From Candidatus Aminicenantes bacterium (GTDB taxonomy: Bacteria; Acidobacteriota; Aminicenantia; Aminicenantales; JAFGBC01): a stretch of 64,000 bases of DNA. The notes beneath the pieces were generated by a model. That model did not search any database and had not been told where the DNA came from. It worked only from the letters and a program-made list of their open reading frames with translations. Positions 19,806 to 29,434 of this stretch are shown here, in pieces. Each line of letters opens with the position of its first letter. The first letter of the stretch is position 1. Location of the stretch: NCBI GenBank assembly GCA_963702005.1, contig OY969696.1, positions 1,696,001 through 1,760,000 of the forward strand, given 5' to 3'. Position numbers and translations under genes: made by a program.

Positions 19806-20168
19806 TCAGGCTTTCCTGAACAGCTGGATCGTCTCGTCCCGCATCAGGATGATGATGGAGTAAATGGCCAGGGCCGTCCCGAGCGGGAATTCGAGCAGGC
19901 TCAGGAAAGCCACGACCAGGGTCAGGACCCGGCCCCATTCCTTCATTTTCAGCATCCCGATCCCGGCGACGATCTTGGGGACGGCCAGGACGAGTAAGAA
20001 AGACCCGACGCCGAAGCCGATCCACCTCAGGATTCCCGGCGCCTCCGGCTCGATGGCGGGAATAAAGGACAGGCCGAACAAGAGCCCGGCGACCAGGAAA
20101 GCGGCGAACAGCCCCAGAACCCCCGACACGATCCAAAGGATGCCGATCAGGTTGACGTGTTTTTCCAT
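19806..20168 (-). CDS. Small integral membrane protein, function unknown
   Basis: MEKHVNL start after AGGAG; 3-4 hydrophobic segments, WGR...FPLGTAL. Confidence 0.7.
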   Translation of the reverse strand: MEKHVNLIGILWIVSGVLGLFAAFLVAGLLFGLSFIPAIEPEAPGILRWIGFGVGSFLLVLAVPKIVAGIGMLKMKEWGRVLTLVVAFLSLLEFPLGTALAIYSIIILMRDETIQLFRKA

Positions 20169-20221
20169 CCTTGATCTCCTTTGTCTTATTATATTATACG
20201 GACAGGCGAGAGGGTGGTTGA

Positions 20222-20274
20222 AATTCCGGGGACACGATACCAAATCAAGAGATTTAGTTCATGTCTCCGGAATT
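20222..20274. repeat. REP-like palindrome
   Basis: AATTCCGGGGACA / TGTCTCCGGAATT arms (1 mismatch) with inner AAATC/GATTT. Confidence 0.55.
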
Positions 20275-20363
20275 CAGCGTACGTCGGGAGCGGGCCGTAG
20301 CCGGTCGTTTGATAAACCCCCCGGGATATGATAAAAAAGAGTGCGAAAAGGACCGATCGATTC

Positions 20364-23300
20364 ATGCCAGAAGAGCTGCCCAAGCATTACGAGCCGGCGC
20401 CGTACGAGGCCTCCGTCACCAAGCTGTGGCTGGAAGCCGACGCCTTCGCCGCCGTCCCCGGACGGCCGGCCCGGCCGCTACGTCATCATGATGCCCCTCC
20501 CCAACGTGACCGGCGCCCTGCACATGGGCCACGCCATGGACAACGTCATGCAGGACCTTCTCATCCGCTGGCATCGGATGATGGGGGACAATACGCTCTG
20601 GATGCCGGGGACGGACCACGCCGGGATCGGGACCCAGGCCGTCGTCGAGAAACGCCTGTTCGAGCTCGAGGGCAAGACGCGCCTCGACCTCGGCCGCGAA
20701 GGGCTGGTCGCCCGCATCCAGGCCTGGAAGGACGAATACCGGGAGCGGATCATCCGCCAGCAGCAGAGCATGGGCTGTTCCTGCGATTGGAAGCGGCAGC
20801 GCTTCACCATGGACGCGGTCTGCGCCCGGGCGGTGCGCGAGGCGTTCTTCCGGCTCTTCCGCGACGGCCTCATCTTCCGCGGCAACCGCCTGGTCAACTG
20901 GGACTGCCAGCTCCAGACGGCCGTCTCCGACGACGAGATCGTCTATGAGAAGGTCCAAGGCCACTTCTGGCACATCAAGTATCCGATCGTCGACCGCCCG
21001 GCCGGGAGAGCCCGCCTTCGTCGTCGTGGCCACGACGCGGCCCGAGACCATGCTCGGCGACACGGCCGTGGCCGTCCATCCCGACCCCGCCGGCGAGCTC
21101 GAGCGGCAGATCCGGCCTTCTCAAGGATAGGTTGGCGGCCGCCTCCAAGAAGGAACGGGCCGAGCTTGAGGCCGAGATCGAACGGATCGAGGAGCCGCAA
21201 GGCCGAGGTCCTTCCGGTCCTCATCAAGCTTCACGATATGGCCGGGAAGGGCCGTAAGGTTCTGCTTCCGCTCCTCGACCGAGAGATTCCGCTCATCCTC
21301 GACGAATGGGCCGACCCGGCCCTCGGCTCGGGTTGCGTCAAGATCACGCCCGGCCATGACCCGAACGACTATGACGTCTGGGACCGCCATCAGTGACCGG
21401 ATCGGGATCGTCAACATCCTCAATCCCGACGGCACGCTCAACGCCGCCGCTGGCCCTTACGCCGGGCTCGATCGCTTCGAGGCGCGCAGGAAAGTCGTCG
21501 CCGACCTCAGGGCGCGCGGGCTCCTCGAGTCGCGTCGAGGACCGCGAGATCGAGATCGGCCATTCCGACCGGTCCAAGACGCCGATCGAGCCCTACCTCT
21601 CCAAGCAGTGGTTCGTCCGGATGGGCGACATCGAAGGCGGCATCCTCTGCGGCGCGCGGGACGGGCAAGGAGTTTCGGGCGCGTCGGGTTGGCCCAGGCC
21701 GCCATCGACGGCGTCCGCGCGGACTGGGCCTCCCCGAGCGGCCGGCGCCTGACCTTCCATCCCGATCATGCCCGCTACGGCGGGACTTATCACGTCCTGG
21801 CTGGCCGAGAAGCGTGACTGGTGCATCAGCCGCCAGCTCTGGTGGGGCCACCGCATCCCGATCTGGCACGCCGAATTCGCGGGCGCCGAGGTCGCGGGCG
21901 CCGTAGCCCGACTCCCCAAGGCCGATGCCGCGGAGATGGCGGTCTGGATCGCCGACGCGCGAGGGCCGCTCGTTCGAGCCCGGCGAGGTCCGAAAGCTCG
22001 ACCCGGCCAAGCCCGCTACAGTCTGCTTGTCTCTCTCCGCGACGAGACGGCCGAGAAAAAGCACGCGCGCCTCGCTCGAAGCCGCCGGACTCGTCCAGGA
22101 CCCCGACGTCCTCGACACCTGGTTCAGCTCCGCCCTTTGGCCGTTCAGCACGCTCGGCTGGCCCGACCCGGCCACGGCGGCGCTCGATCCGGGGCAGCGG
22201 CCGCTGGCCGCGGCCGAGCGGCCGCGCGGACTGCCTGAGCTACTATTATCCCGGCTCCTGCCTGGTCACGGCCCGCGACATCATCACCCTCTGGGTCGCC
22301 CGGATGCAGGTCATGGGACTCTATCTGCTGGGCGACGTCCCGTTCACGGACTGCTTCATCCACGCCAACATCCAGGACGGGAAGGGCGAGCGGATGAGCA
22401 AGAGCAAAGGGCAACGGGATCGATCCCGAGGACATCATCGAGAAATACGGGGCGGACGCCATGCGCTACGTCCTCTGCGATATGCAGACCGGGACCCAGG
22501 ATATCCGGCTCCCCGTCCAGGCCATTTCGCCGTTTAGCGGAGAGATGGTCGACCTGGCCACGGCCAAGCACGGCCGTACCATTTTCACTTACCTCTGACC
22601 CAAAGACCGGAAAGGAATTCGACGTCCTGGGGACGATGCCCGACCTTCCCGTCGCCAAGATCATCAGCGAGCGCTTCGAGACCGGCCGCGCATTCTGCAC
22701 CAAGCTCTGGAACGCGGTCCGCTTCGCCCTGCTCAATCTCGGCGAGCATCGCTTCACGCCCCTCAAGGCCGGATCGTCTCGCGGCCGAGGACCGTTGGAT
22801 TCTGTCCCGTCTCGGCGCGGGTCATCGACCGGGTGACGGGTGAACTCCGCGCTTACAATCCTTCGGCGGCGATCGGCGCGGCCCGCGACTTTTTCTGGGG
22901 CGAGCTCTGCGACTGGTATCTGGAGATCATCAAGCCCCGCCTCAAGGACGAAGCCTCGGCGCCCGCGGCCCGCTCGGTCCTGGCGCTGGCCCTGGACCAG
23001 GTCCTCCGCCTCTTCCATCCCTTCGTCCCGTTCATCAGCGAAGTCCTCTGGGAGAAGCTCGGCGCCCAGTGTCCGGCCCGCGGGCTCGAAGAGCCGCTGG
23101 CTTCCTCCCGGCTCCTCATCAACGCGGCCTGGCCCGGGCCGCGGCCCGAGTGGCTCGACGAAGCCGTCGAGGCGGAGATGGGCTTCCTCCAGGACGTCGT
23201 CCGCGGGATCCGCGACCTGCGCTCCCGGCACGGTCTCGCGCCCGGCCGGAAGCTCGAAGCCCTCGTTAAAGCCGACGGCCGGAACGCCGAGATCCTTAGG

Positions 23301-23633
23301 CGCATGGAGTCCCACGTCGTCCATCTCGCCGGGCTCGCGTCTCTCCGGGTGAGCGCGGATCTGGAGAAGCCCGCCACGGCCGCCGCCCAGGTCCTGGCCG
23401 GGGCGGAAATCTATCTGGCCGGGCTCGTCGATCCCGGAAAGGAAAAAGCGAGCCTAGCCTCCCAGCGCGCCAAGCTCCTCGAGGACGTCCGCAAGACGGC
23501 GGCGAAGCTGGCCAACCCGGGTTTCGTCGAGCGGGCGCCGGCCGAAGTCGTCGAGAAAGAGCGGCGGCGGCTCGAGGAGCTGACGGCCCGGATCGAAGTC
23601 GTCGAGTCGAACCTCAAGGCCCTCGGCGGCTGA
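20364..23633 (+). CDS. valS: Valine--tRNA ligase, broken by many frameshifts in this sequence (artefact or pseudogene)
   Basis: [66 protein letters not shown] and the C-terminal coiled coil are found in order but spread over all three frames. Confidence 0.93.
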
Positions 23634-23642
23634 TCGTATTTA

Positions 23643-23792
23643 GAAAAGGACAAGGCCTTCGAATGGCTGGGGAAAGCCCTCGAGGAACGGGCCTACGACA
23701 TGGTCATGCTCAAGGTCGAGCCTCGGTTCGCCCCCCTCCGTTCCGATCCCCGTTTTAAAATTCTGCTCCGGCGGATGGGGCTCGAGGACTGA
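23643..23792 (+). pseudogene. C-terminal remnant of a TPR-tailed (Ser/Thr kinase or TolB-like) protein
   Basis: EKDKAFEWLGKALEERAYDMVMLKVEPRFAPLRSDPRFKILLRRMGLED* with no upstream domain or start. Confidence 0.65.
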
Positions 23793-23805
23793 TTGCGGCC
23801 CAGAA

Positions 23806-23834
23806 TTGACAATACCAGACATTCTATTTAGTAT
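23806..23834 (+). promoter_or_regulatory. Sigma70-like promoter
   Basis: TTGACA-17nt-TAGTAT upstream of GGAGG RBS and ATG 23884. Confidence 0.55.
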
Positions 23835-23883
23835 TTTACTTCCGCTTGATTTCTGATTGGTTCCCACAAGAGGAAGGAGGAAC

Positions 23884-25206
23884 ATGATCCTGAAGGCGAA
23901 AACTACAATCATCATTGGGCTCGGGTTCATTCTCATCGCCTGCGCTGCCGCCGTCTGGGCGCGCTGGGCCGGTTCCGTGAAGCAGACGCCGTCCTTGACG
24001 GCGTTGAGGATGCGAGATATCGCCAAGGAACGGATGTTCAGCTCTCGGGCTTTGAGTCCCCAGCCGGGCCCAATGGGGAAGCCGCTTGATTCTGCTTCTC
24101 TGCCCGTGGACAAAGATGACGACGGAATGCCGGATTCCTGGGAGAAGGCCAAGGGTTTCAATCCTTCCGACCCGAACGACGCCTGGCTCGACGCCGATAG
24201 CGATAATGTCGTGAACCTGTTCGAGTATCAGCTCGGCAGCAATCCCAAGAGCGCCACATCCCCTCCGGTTGTGACCGTAGGGACGTCCTCCGCTGCGGAT
24301 TATGAAAGCCTGGCCGATGCCCTGGACGGCTGCGAGTCGGGGAGCGTCATCCGCGTCGCTAAGGGGACCTATAAAGTCAACTACATGACGTTTGATCCCA
24401 AGACCGTCATGATCCAGGGCGGCTGGAGCGCGGATTTCCAGAAGAGGGACTTGAAGCTTTACCCGGTGACACTCGACGGCGCCAACAAGGATGAAGTTCT
24501 CTACTTCAGCTACACCTCCGGCACGAACGGGATCATCCTGGACGGCCTCAAGATCGTCCGGGGCAAAGGGCATTTCGGGGCCGTGAATTTACTCGCTCAG
24601 AATACGGCGTTCATGAAGACGAGTATCGTGAACTGCTTCATCATCCAAAGCTTGAACACGTCAGATTACGGTGCTGCCCTTCACACGAACAACTGGGATA
24701 CCAGCTTGTCCGACCGGACCGTCGCCAATGCCGTGATCTGCGGGAACAAGGCGAGCGGAATCTATGCCCAAGTCACCGATTCTACGAAGGCCCGCTGGAG
24801 GATCATCAACAGCGCGATTTACGGCAACAAGAATGGCGGCGGGTACAACGGATACGGCATCGAATCCTTCACGCTCGATGACGGCGTCCTGAATGCCCAT
24901 GTTTTCAACAGCATCCTGTGGGGGAACGCGCAGGAAGATATCAGCATCAGGTGGAACATCGCCTTCAATGTCGACCACACCGATCTGGCCAGGGCGTTAG
25001 CCGAATACGGCGCAGAATGCAACCTGGGCGCCGGGAATCTCGACGCCAATCCCGGCTTCGTGGCTCCAGGTAGCGGCAACTACCATTTGAAAAGTTCGTC
25101 TCCCCTCATCAACAAAGGGATTAACAAGGGTATCCCGAAGATCGATTTCGAGGGGGACAAGCGCGTGAAAGGCGCCGCCCCCGACATCGGCCCCGACGAG
25201 CGCTGA
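23884..25206 (+). CDS. Secreted protein with DxDxDG Ca-binding repeats, beta-helix region and choice-of-anchor Q-like tail
   Basis: Signal/TM; DKDDDGMPDSWE, DADSDNVVNLFEY; IQGGW; NSILWGN; DANPGFV..YHL..SSPLIN.G..DFEG..R...PDIGPDE. Confidence 0.7.
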   Translation: MILKAKTTIIIGLGFILIACAAAVWARWAGSVKQTPSLTALRMRDIAKERMFSSRALSPQPGPMGKPLDSASLPVDKDDDGMPDSWEKAKGFNPSDPNDAWLDADSDNVVNLFEYQLGSNPKSATSPPVVTVGTSSAADYESLADALDGCESGSVIRVAKGTYKVNYMTFDPKTVMIQGGWSADFQKRDLKLYPVTLDGANKDEVLYFSYTSGTNGIILDGLKIVRGKGHFGAVNLLAQNTAFMKTSIVNCFIIQSLNTSDYGAALHTNNWDTSLSDRTVANAVICGNKASGIYAQVTDSTKARWRIINSAIYGNKNGGGYNGYGIESFTLDDGVLNAHVFNSILWGNAQEDISIRWNIAFNVDHTDLARALAEYGAECNLGAGNLDANPGFVAPGSGNYHLKSSSPLINKGINKGIPKIDFEGDKRVKGAAPDIGPDER

Positions 25207-25284
25207 GACGGCGCGCTTCGCCTTATCCGGTCCGGAAGTCCGTAAGGGACGGTCGGATCTCCTCCGCTCAGAGAAGAATCCGGC

Positions 25285-25482
25285 TCACCGGCGCTTCGGC
25301 CGCCGGTCCTTGACCGGCCGGCCCGAAGACGAGGCCGAACCGAGCGAGTACTCGGCCACGAAACTGTCCGCTTCGCCTCCTTGAAAGACTTCCTGGACGG
25401 AATCGGCCAACGGGAAGTCGGTCGAGTTCGTATCGCCGACGACGGCTTGCTCCAGGGAGCCGCCAATAAAACTTGAGCACAT
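25285..25482 (-). pseudogene. Single degenerate SBBP-repeat remnant
   Basis: SSFIGGS..VVGDTNSTDFPLADSVQ..FQGGEADSFVAEY resembles one blade of the 15400 protein with an internal deletion. Confidence 0.5.
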
Positions 25483-25561
25483 GATTTAGCTGCCCTGGGG
25501 CGCGAGCGCGGTTGAATTGAAGGCGGCTATGAGGTATGTTTTTCATCGAGAGGTGATGATC

Positions 25562-27781
25562 ATGCTCAAGAATCCAATAATGCGGATAAGTGTCCTAATC
25601 GTTTGGGCCGGCTTTATGGGTTTGTCCTTCCAAGGCTGGGGCCAGACGGATGCCCGTCGGCCCGACGAGAGGCACGAGGTCACCGTCCGGCTCGTCCTGG
25701 TCGACCTGGTCGCGATCGGCCGGGACGGTCAGTTCGCGACCGGCCTCGGGAAGGCCGATTTCGAGATCTTCGAGGACGGGAAGAAGATGGACCTGGCCTC
25801 GGCGGATCTCATCCGCCTCAAGCGGAGCGACGCCGCGATTCCCGCGCCGGCGGCCCCGGCCGGGCCGGCCGCGGCCAGGGACAGCCGCTTCGTCGTCGTC
25901 TTCGATTCCATCAACACGATCCAGCGGATGCTCAACCGGAGCAAGCCGGAGATCCTGTCCAAGCTTGTCTCGCTCATCGAGCTCGGCCGGGAGATCATAG
26001 TCTTCGAGCTGGCCGAGGACGGCCGGATGAAGCTTCTCCAGCCCCTGACCCGGGACCGGACTCTCGTCGCCCGGGCCGTCGACAAGGCGACCGGGAGCAT
26101 CTGGGTCGAAAAGGCCGGCGACAGCCTCGCCGTCCCCGGCATCCTGGACCGGCCCGAAGCGGGTCGGAACATGTTGGGCGAATCGGGAGTTGCGGCGTCG
26201 TCCTATCAACAGTCGAGCCAGGCCGCCTTCGAGGCCGAGTCGCGGCGGCGCTTCGAAAAGACCATCAACGGACTCCTCGCCGTCATGAACTTCGTCAAGG
26301 ATTTCGACGGACGCAAATCCTTCCTCTTTGTCAGCGGCGGCATCCCCTCGCTTTCCTTCATCCGCTTCTTCGAGGGCCGGGGGGGAGCCATCGAAGATTC
26401 GACGGCCGTCCAGTCCCAGGTGGCGGCGGCCAAGGTCCAGGATCCCTTCAAGGTCCTCGGCAACAAAAGCTTCCGGACCGGCTCGGAGATCTTCGACGAC
26501 CTCGTCCGGTTCGCGAATTCCCACAACATCAGCTTTTACGCCCTGGATCCGGACAATTATCTTCGCTATGTCCTGGGCGACATGGCTTCGGATAATTTTC
26601 CGCGGGCGATCGGGATGAGAGGAATGCAAACGGCGGGCGTCCAGCGACCGGACGAGATGGCCGAGCTCAAGAGGAGTGAGCTGGCCAGCCTCCAAGCTCT
26701 GACGGGCGATACCGGCGGAGCCTCGTTCCTGGGCGGGAACAAGTTCGAGGAGTTCGCCAAGGTCATCGAGCGCGACTTCAGCCAATATTACGAGCTGAGC
26801 TACACGCCGAAGCGGAAGAAGGCCGACGGAAAATACCATAAGATCGACGTCAAAAGCCTCAGGCCGGGGATCGACATCCGCTACCGGCAGGGTTTCCTGG
26901 ACTACACGGACGAACAGAAGGAGTCCCTCGTCTTCGCCTCGGCCGCCTACAATCCGGGGCTCTTCAAGGACATCCCCTTCGAGGCCCAGATCATTCCCTT
27001 CGCCAGGGGCCGGGACAAGTTCCATCTCTGGATCCAGACCGCGCTCCCGGTCCGGAAGATCCTCGCCGGGCAGCCCGCCGAGGACAAGCCGGTAAGCCTC
27101 AAGTTCAAGATCACCCTCGACGATCCCTCCGGCGAGTCCGGGTTCCTATCCGATGTCGCCATCCCCTTGGCCTTGACCCCGGCCTTCCAGCAAAGGATTC
27201 GGAACGCCGAATATTTCGGGTGGAGCTTCGCGTCCCAGGAGACCGAACTCAAGCCCCAATCCTACCGGGCGACGCTCGCCCTCTACAATCGCGGGCTGGA
27301 CGAGATGGGGACTGCGGAGCGTTTCATCGAGGTTCCGAAAATCAAGGAAGGGATGGAGAGCAGGCTCCTGACCACGGTCGTCGGGAACATCCTCAAGACC
27401 GATCAAGGCATGGTCATTCCCTTCACGATCGCGAACGACGACGGGACGCTCGATATCCCGGGATACAAGTTCTACCCGATGGCGGTCGCCCACGTTCAGC
27501 GCGGGCGGCGGGCCGCCCTTCTCGTCCAGATTTATTCGGCCCTGAAACCCGAGAAGACGGCGCTGGGCGCCGCCCTGACCCGGGCCGGCGCGGGACCGTC
27601 GGGCGGCGTCCCGGCGGTCCTCATCTATGAAGAGTGGAATAAAAAAACGGGAATCTGGAACGTTATCTACGAACTGGGTTTGGAGACTTTTTTGCCGGGC
27701 GACTACGGCCTCGCCCTTCGCTGGACCGACGCGTCCGGGGCGGCCTGGGTCGAGACGTCCCTCCCGGTCCGGATCCTGTGA
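25562..27781 (+). CDS. Acidobacterial VWFA-related (VWA-domain) secreted protein
   Basis: VTVRLVLVDLVA.GRDG....GL.K.DFEIFEDG, GRKSFLFVSGG, DTGG, YYELSY.P..DGKYHKI.V...YRQG. Confidence 0.8.
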   Translation: MLKNPIMRISVLIVWAGFMGLSFQGWGQTDARRPDERHEVTVRLVLVDLVAIGRDGQFATGLGKADFEIFEDGKKMDLASADLIRLKRSDAAIPAPAAPAGPAAARDSRFVVVFDSINTIQRMLNRSKPEILSKLVSLIELGREIIVFELAEDGRMKLLQPLTRDRTLVARAVDKATGSIWVEKAGDSLAVPGILDRPEAGRNMLGESGVAASSYQQSSQAAFEAESRRRFEKTINGLLAVMNFVKDFDGRKSFLFVSGGIPSLSFIRFFEGRGGAIEDSTAVQSQVAAAKVQDPFKVLGNKSFRTGSEIFDDLVRFANSHNISFYALDPDNYLRYVLGDMASDNFPRAIGMRGMQTAGVQRPDEMAELKRSELASLQALTGDTGGASFLGGNKFEEFAKVIERDFSQYYELSYTPKRKKADGKYHKIDVKSLRPGIDIRYRQGFLDYTDEQKESLVFASAAYNPGLFKDIPFEAQIIPFARGRDKFHLWIQTALPVRKILAGQPAEDKPVSLKFKITLDDPSGESGFLSDVAIPLALTPAFQQRIRNAEYFGWSFASQETELKPQSYRATLALYNRGLDEMGTAERFIEVPKIKEGMESRLLTTVVGNILKTDQGMVIPFTIANDDGTLDIPGYKFYPMAVAHVQRGRRAALLVQIYSALKPEKTALGAALTRAGAGPSGGVPAVLIYEEWNKKTGIWNVIYELGLETFLPGDYGLALRWTDASGAAWVETSLPVRIL

Positions 27782-27794
27782 GCCGCGGCGAGTT

Positions 27795-28397
27795 TTAGTT
27801 TTTCTTGTCCGAGGCGCCCGGCTTGGTCAGAGGCCGTCCCGCCTTGCAGAAGGGGCACGCCTCCGGCTCGAAAGCCTCGACCTTGAGGGCCAGCAGGCTT
27901 CCGACCGGCTTGCCTTCGATGAGGACGGCGCCGGCGCTCCGGTCGACCAGGCAGTAGACCCCGGCGACGGGGACGTTCCGCGCCTTGAGGCAGTCGACGG
28001 TCTCCTGGATCGAGCCGCCCGTCGTCAGGATGTCCTCGACGATGATCGCCCGGGCGCCGTCGATCCCCGCGAATCCCGAGCGGAGCGACATCTTCTCGTC
28101 CGCCCGCTGGCTAAAGGCGAACTTCTTGCCGAGCTTGAGGGCCGTTAAAAACCCGATGGCGATGGCCCCGTAGGCGGGTCCCACGACGTATTCGAAGTCC
28201 AGGCGGTCGGCCTTGATCCGTTCGACGAGCATATCGACGATCTTTTCCAGGGAGGCCGGCTTTTCGATGAGCCGGATCTTCTCGAAATACCATTCGGAGT
28301 GCTTGCCCGAGGTCAGCTTGAAATGGCCCTGGAGCAGGGCGTCGCAGTCCTTGAACAGGGCCAGGACTTTATCGGAGGCGGGCTGCGTCATGAGCAT
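27795..28397 (-). CDS. pyrE: Orotate phosphoribosyltransferase
   Basis: GHFKLTSGKHS, IVEDILTTGGS PRPP motif, CPFC...KPG tail. Confidence 0.9.
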   Translation of the reverse strand: MLMTQPASDKVLALFKDCDALLQGHFKLTSGKHSEWYFEKIRLIEKPASLEKIVDMLVERIKADRLDFEYVVGPAYGAIAIGFLTALKLGKKFAFSQRADEKMSLRSGFAGIDGARAIIVEDILTTGGSIQETVDCLKARNVPVAGVYCLVDRSAGAVLIEGKPVGSLLALKVEAFEPEACPFCKAGRPLTKPGASDKKN

Positions 28398-28467
28398 TCT
28401 CCTTGGTGAAGAGCCAACCCATTATATAAAAGACGTCCTTTCGCCTCAAGGCCGCGGCGCGGCCCAA

Positions 28468-29247
28468 TCAGACTTCGATCGAGCCCTGGAGATAGGTCAC
28501 GGTCCGGCCCCCGATAAGGACTCGGGCGCCGCGATGTTCGCAGAAAATCTCGCCGCGCCTTTTCGAGACCTGATAGGCATGAAGCACGGCCTTCCCCAGG
28601 CGTTCGGCCCAGTAGGGGATGAGCAGCGTGTGGGCGGAGCCCGTGACCGGGTCCTCGAGGATGCCGGCCCGCGGGGCGAAGAAGCGGGAGACGAAATCGG
28701 AACGGTCGCCCGGCGCGGTGACGATGATCCCCAGGCAATCGAGCTTGGCCAGCTCGTTGAAATCGGGTTCGAGGGCGAGGACGTCGGCTTCGCTGCTATA
28801 GACGGCCATGAAGTCCCGTCCCTTGAGGACTTTGAGAGGCTTCTTCCGAAGTCCCTTGATCAGCGCTTCGGGGGCTCGGACCGCCTCCGCGATATAGGCG
28901 GGAAAGTCGAGGCGGATGAGGTCGCCCTGCCGGCCGGCCCGGAGCTCTCCGCTCTTGGACAGGAAAACGATCTCGGGCTTGTCGTAGCCGAGATGACGGA
29001 AGATGACGTGAGCCGTCGCCAGGGTCGGATGGCCGGCCAGCTGGATCTCGATCTTGGGCGTGAACCAGCGGATCTCGAAACGGTCGCCCGCCCGGACGAA
29101 AAAGGCCGTCTCGGACAGGTTGTTTTCTTCGGCGATCGCCTGCATGGTCGCGTCGGGGAGCCAGGCTTCGAGAGGGCAGACGGCCGCGGCGTTCCCGCCG
29201 AACATTTTATCCGTGAAAGCGTCGACCTGATAAAGGGGAATTCGCAT
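28468..29247 (-). CDS. PhzF-family epimerase/isomerase
   Basis: QVDAFT..FGGN.AAV, NLSETAF, IRWFTP, GHPTLA, EDPVTGSAH. Confidence 0.9.
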   Translation of the reverse strand: MRIPLYQVDAFTDKMFGGNAAAVCPLEAWLPDATMQAIAEENNLSETAFFVRAGDRFEIRWFTPKIEIQLAGHPTLATAHVIFRHLGYDKPEIVFLSKSGELRAGRQGDLIRLDFPAYIAEAVRAPEALIKGLRKKPLKVLKGRDFMAVYSSEADVLALEPDFNELAKLDCLGIIVTAPGDRSDFVSRFFAPRAGILEDPVTGSAHTLLIPYWAERLGKAVLHAYQVSKRRGEIFCEHRGARVLIGGRTVTYLQGSIEV

Positions 29248-29325
29248 CGGACCTCCAGTCGATCCTATCTTGCTGCAGATCGAACCGGAGATCAAGCCGC
29301 GACTTCGATTCGTTCGGTCGCTGGG

Positions 29326-29373
29326 GCGAGGGGAGGATGGCGAAGAAGGCCGTCGAAGGGTCGGGCGGGCATG
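29326..29373 (+). repeat. Partial copy (C) of the palindromic repeat family found at 58.9-60.1 kb
   Basis: GCGAGGGGAGGATGGCGAAGAAGGCCGTCGAAGGGTCGGGCGGGCATG aligns by eye with copies at 59047-59095 (-), 59118-59162 (-) and 59986 (+). Confidence 0.65.
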
Positions 29374-29385
29374 ATGCGAAGGCGG

Positions 29386-29418
29386 AAGAGGGCCTTCCTT
29401 TTTCAGGAAGGCCCTCTT
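29386..29418. terminator. Stem-loop downstream of the DUF5916 gene
   Basis: AAGAGGGCCTTCCT-ttttc-AGGAAGGCCCTCTT perfect 14-bp stem; U-tract weak. Confidence 0.55.
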
Positions 29419-29434
29419 TGTCCCCAGCCTTCTA

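Noticed and set aside
20275-20363. T-box riboswitch upstream of valS
   Set aside because: Leader is short and lacks a T-box consensus and terminator
20364-22830. Programmed frameshifting or RNA editing in valS
   Set aside because: Too many irregular shifts with no slippery-site pattern; sequence error is far simpler
23631-23792. UGA readthrough (Sec or recoding) fusing ValRS to the downstream fragment
   Set aside because: ValRS ends at its normal C-terminus, TGA is a stop elsewhere in the window, and in-frame placement has a 1-in-3 chance
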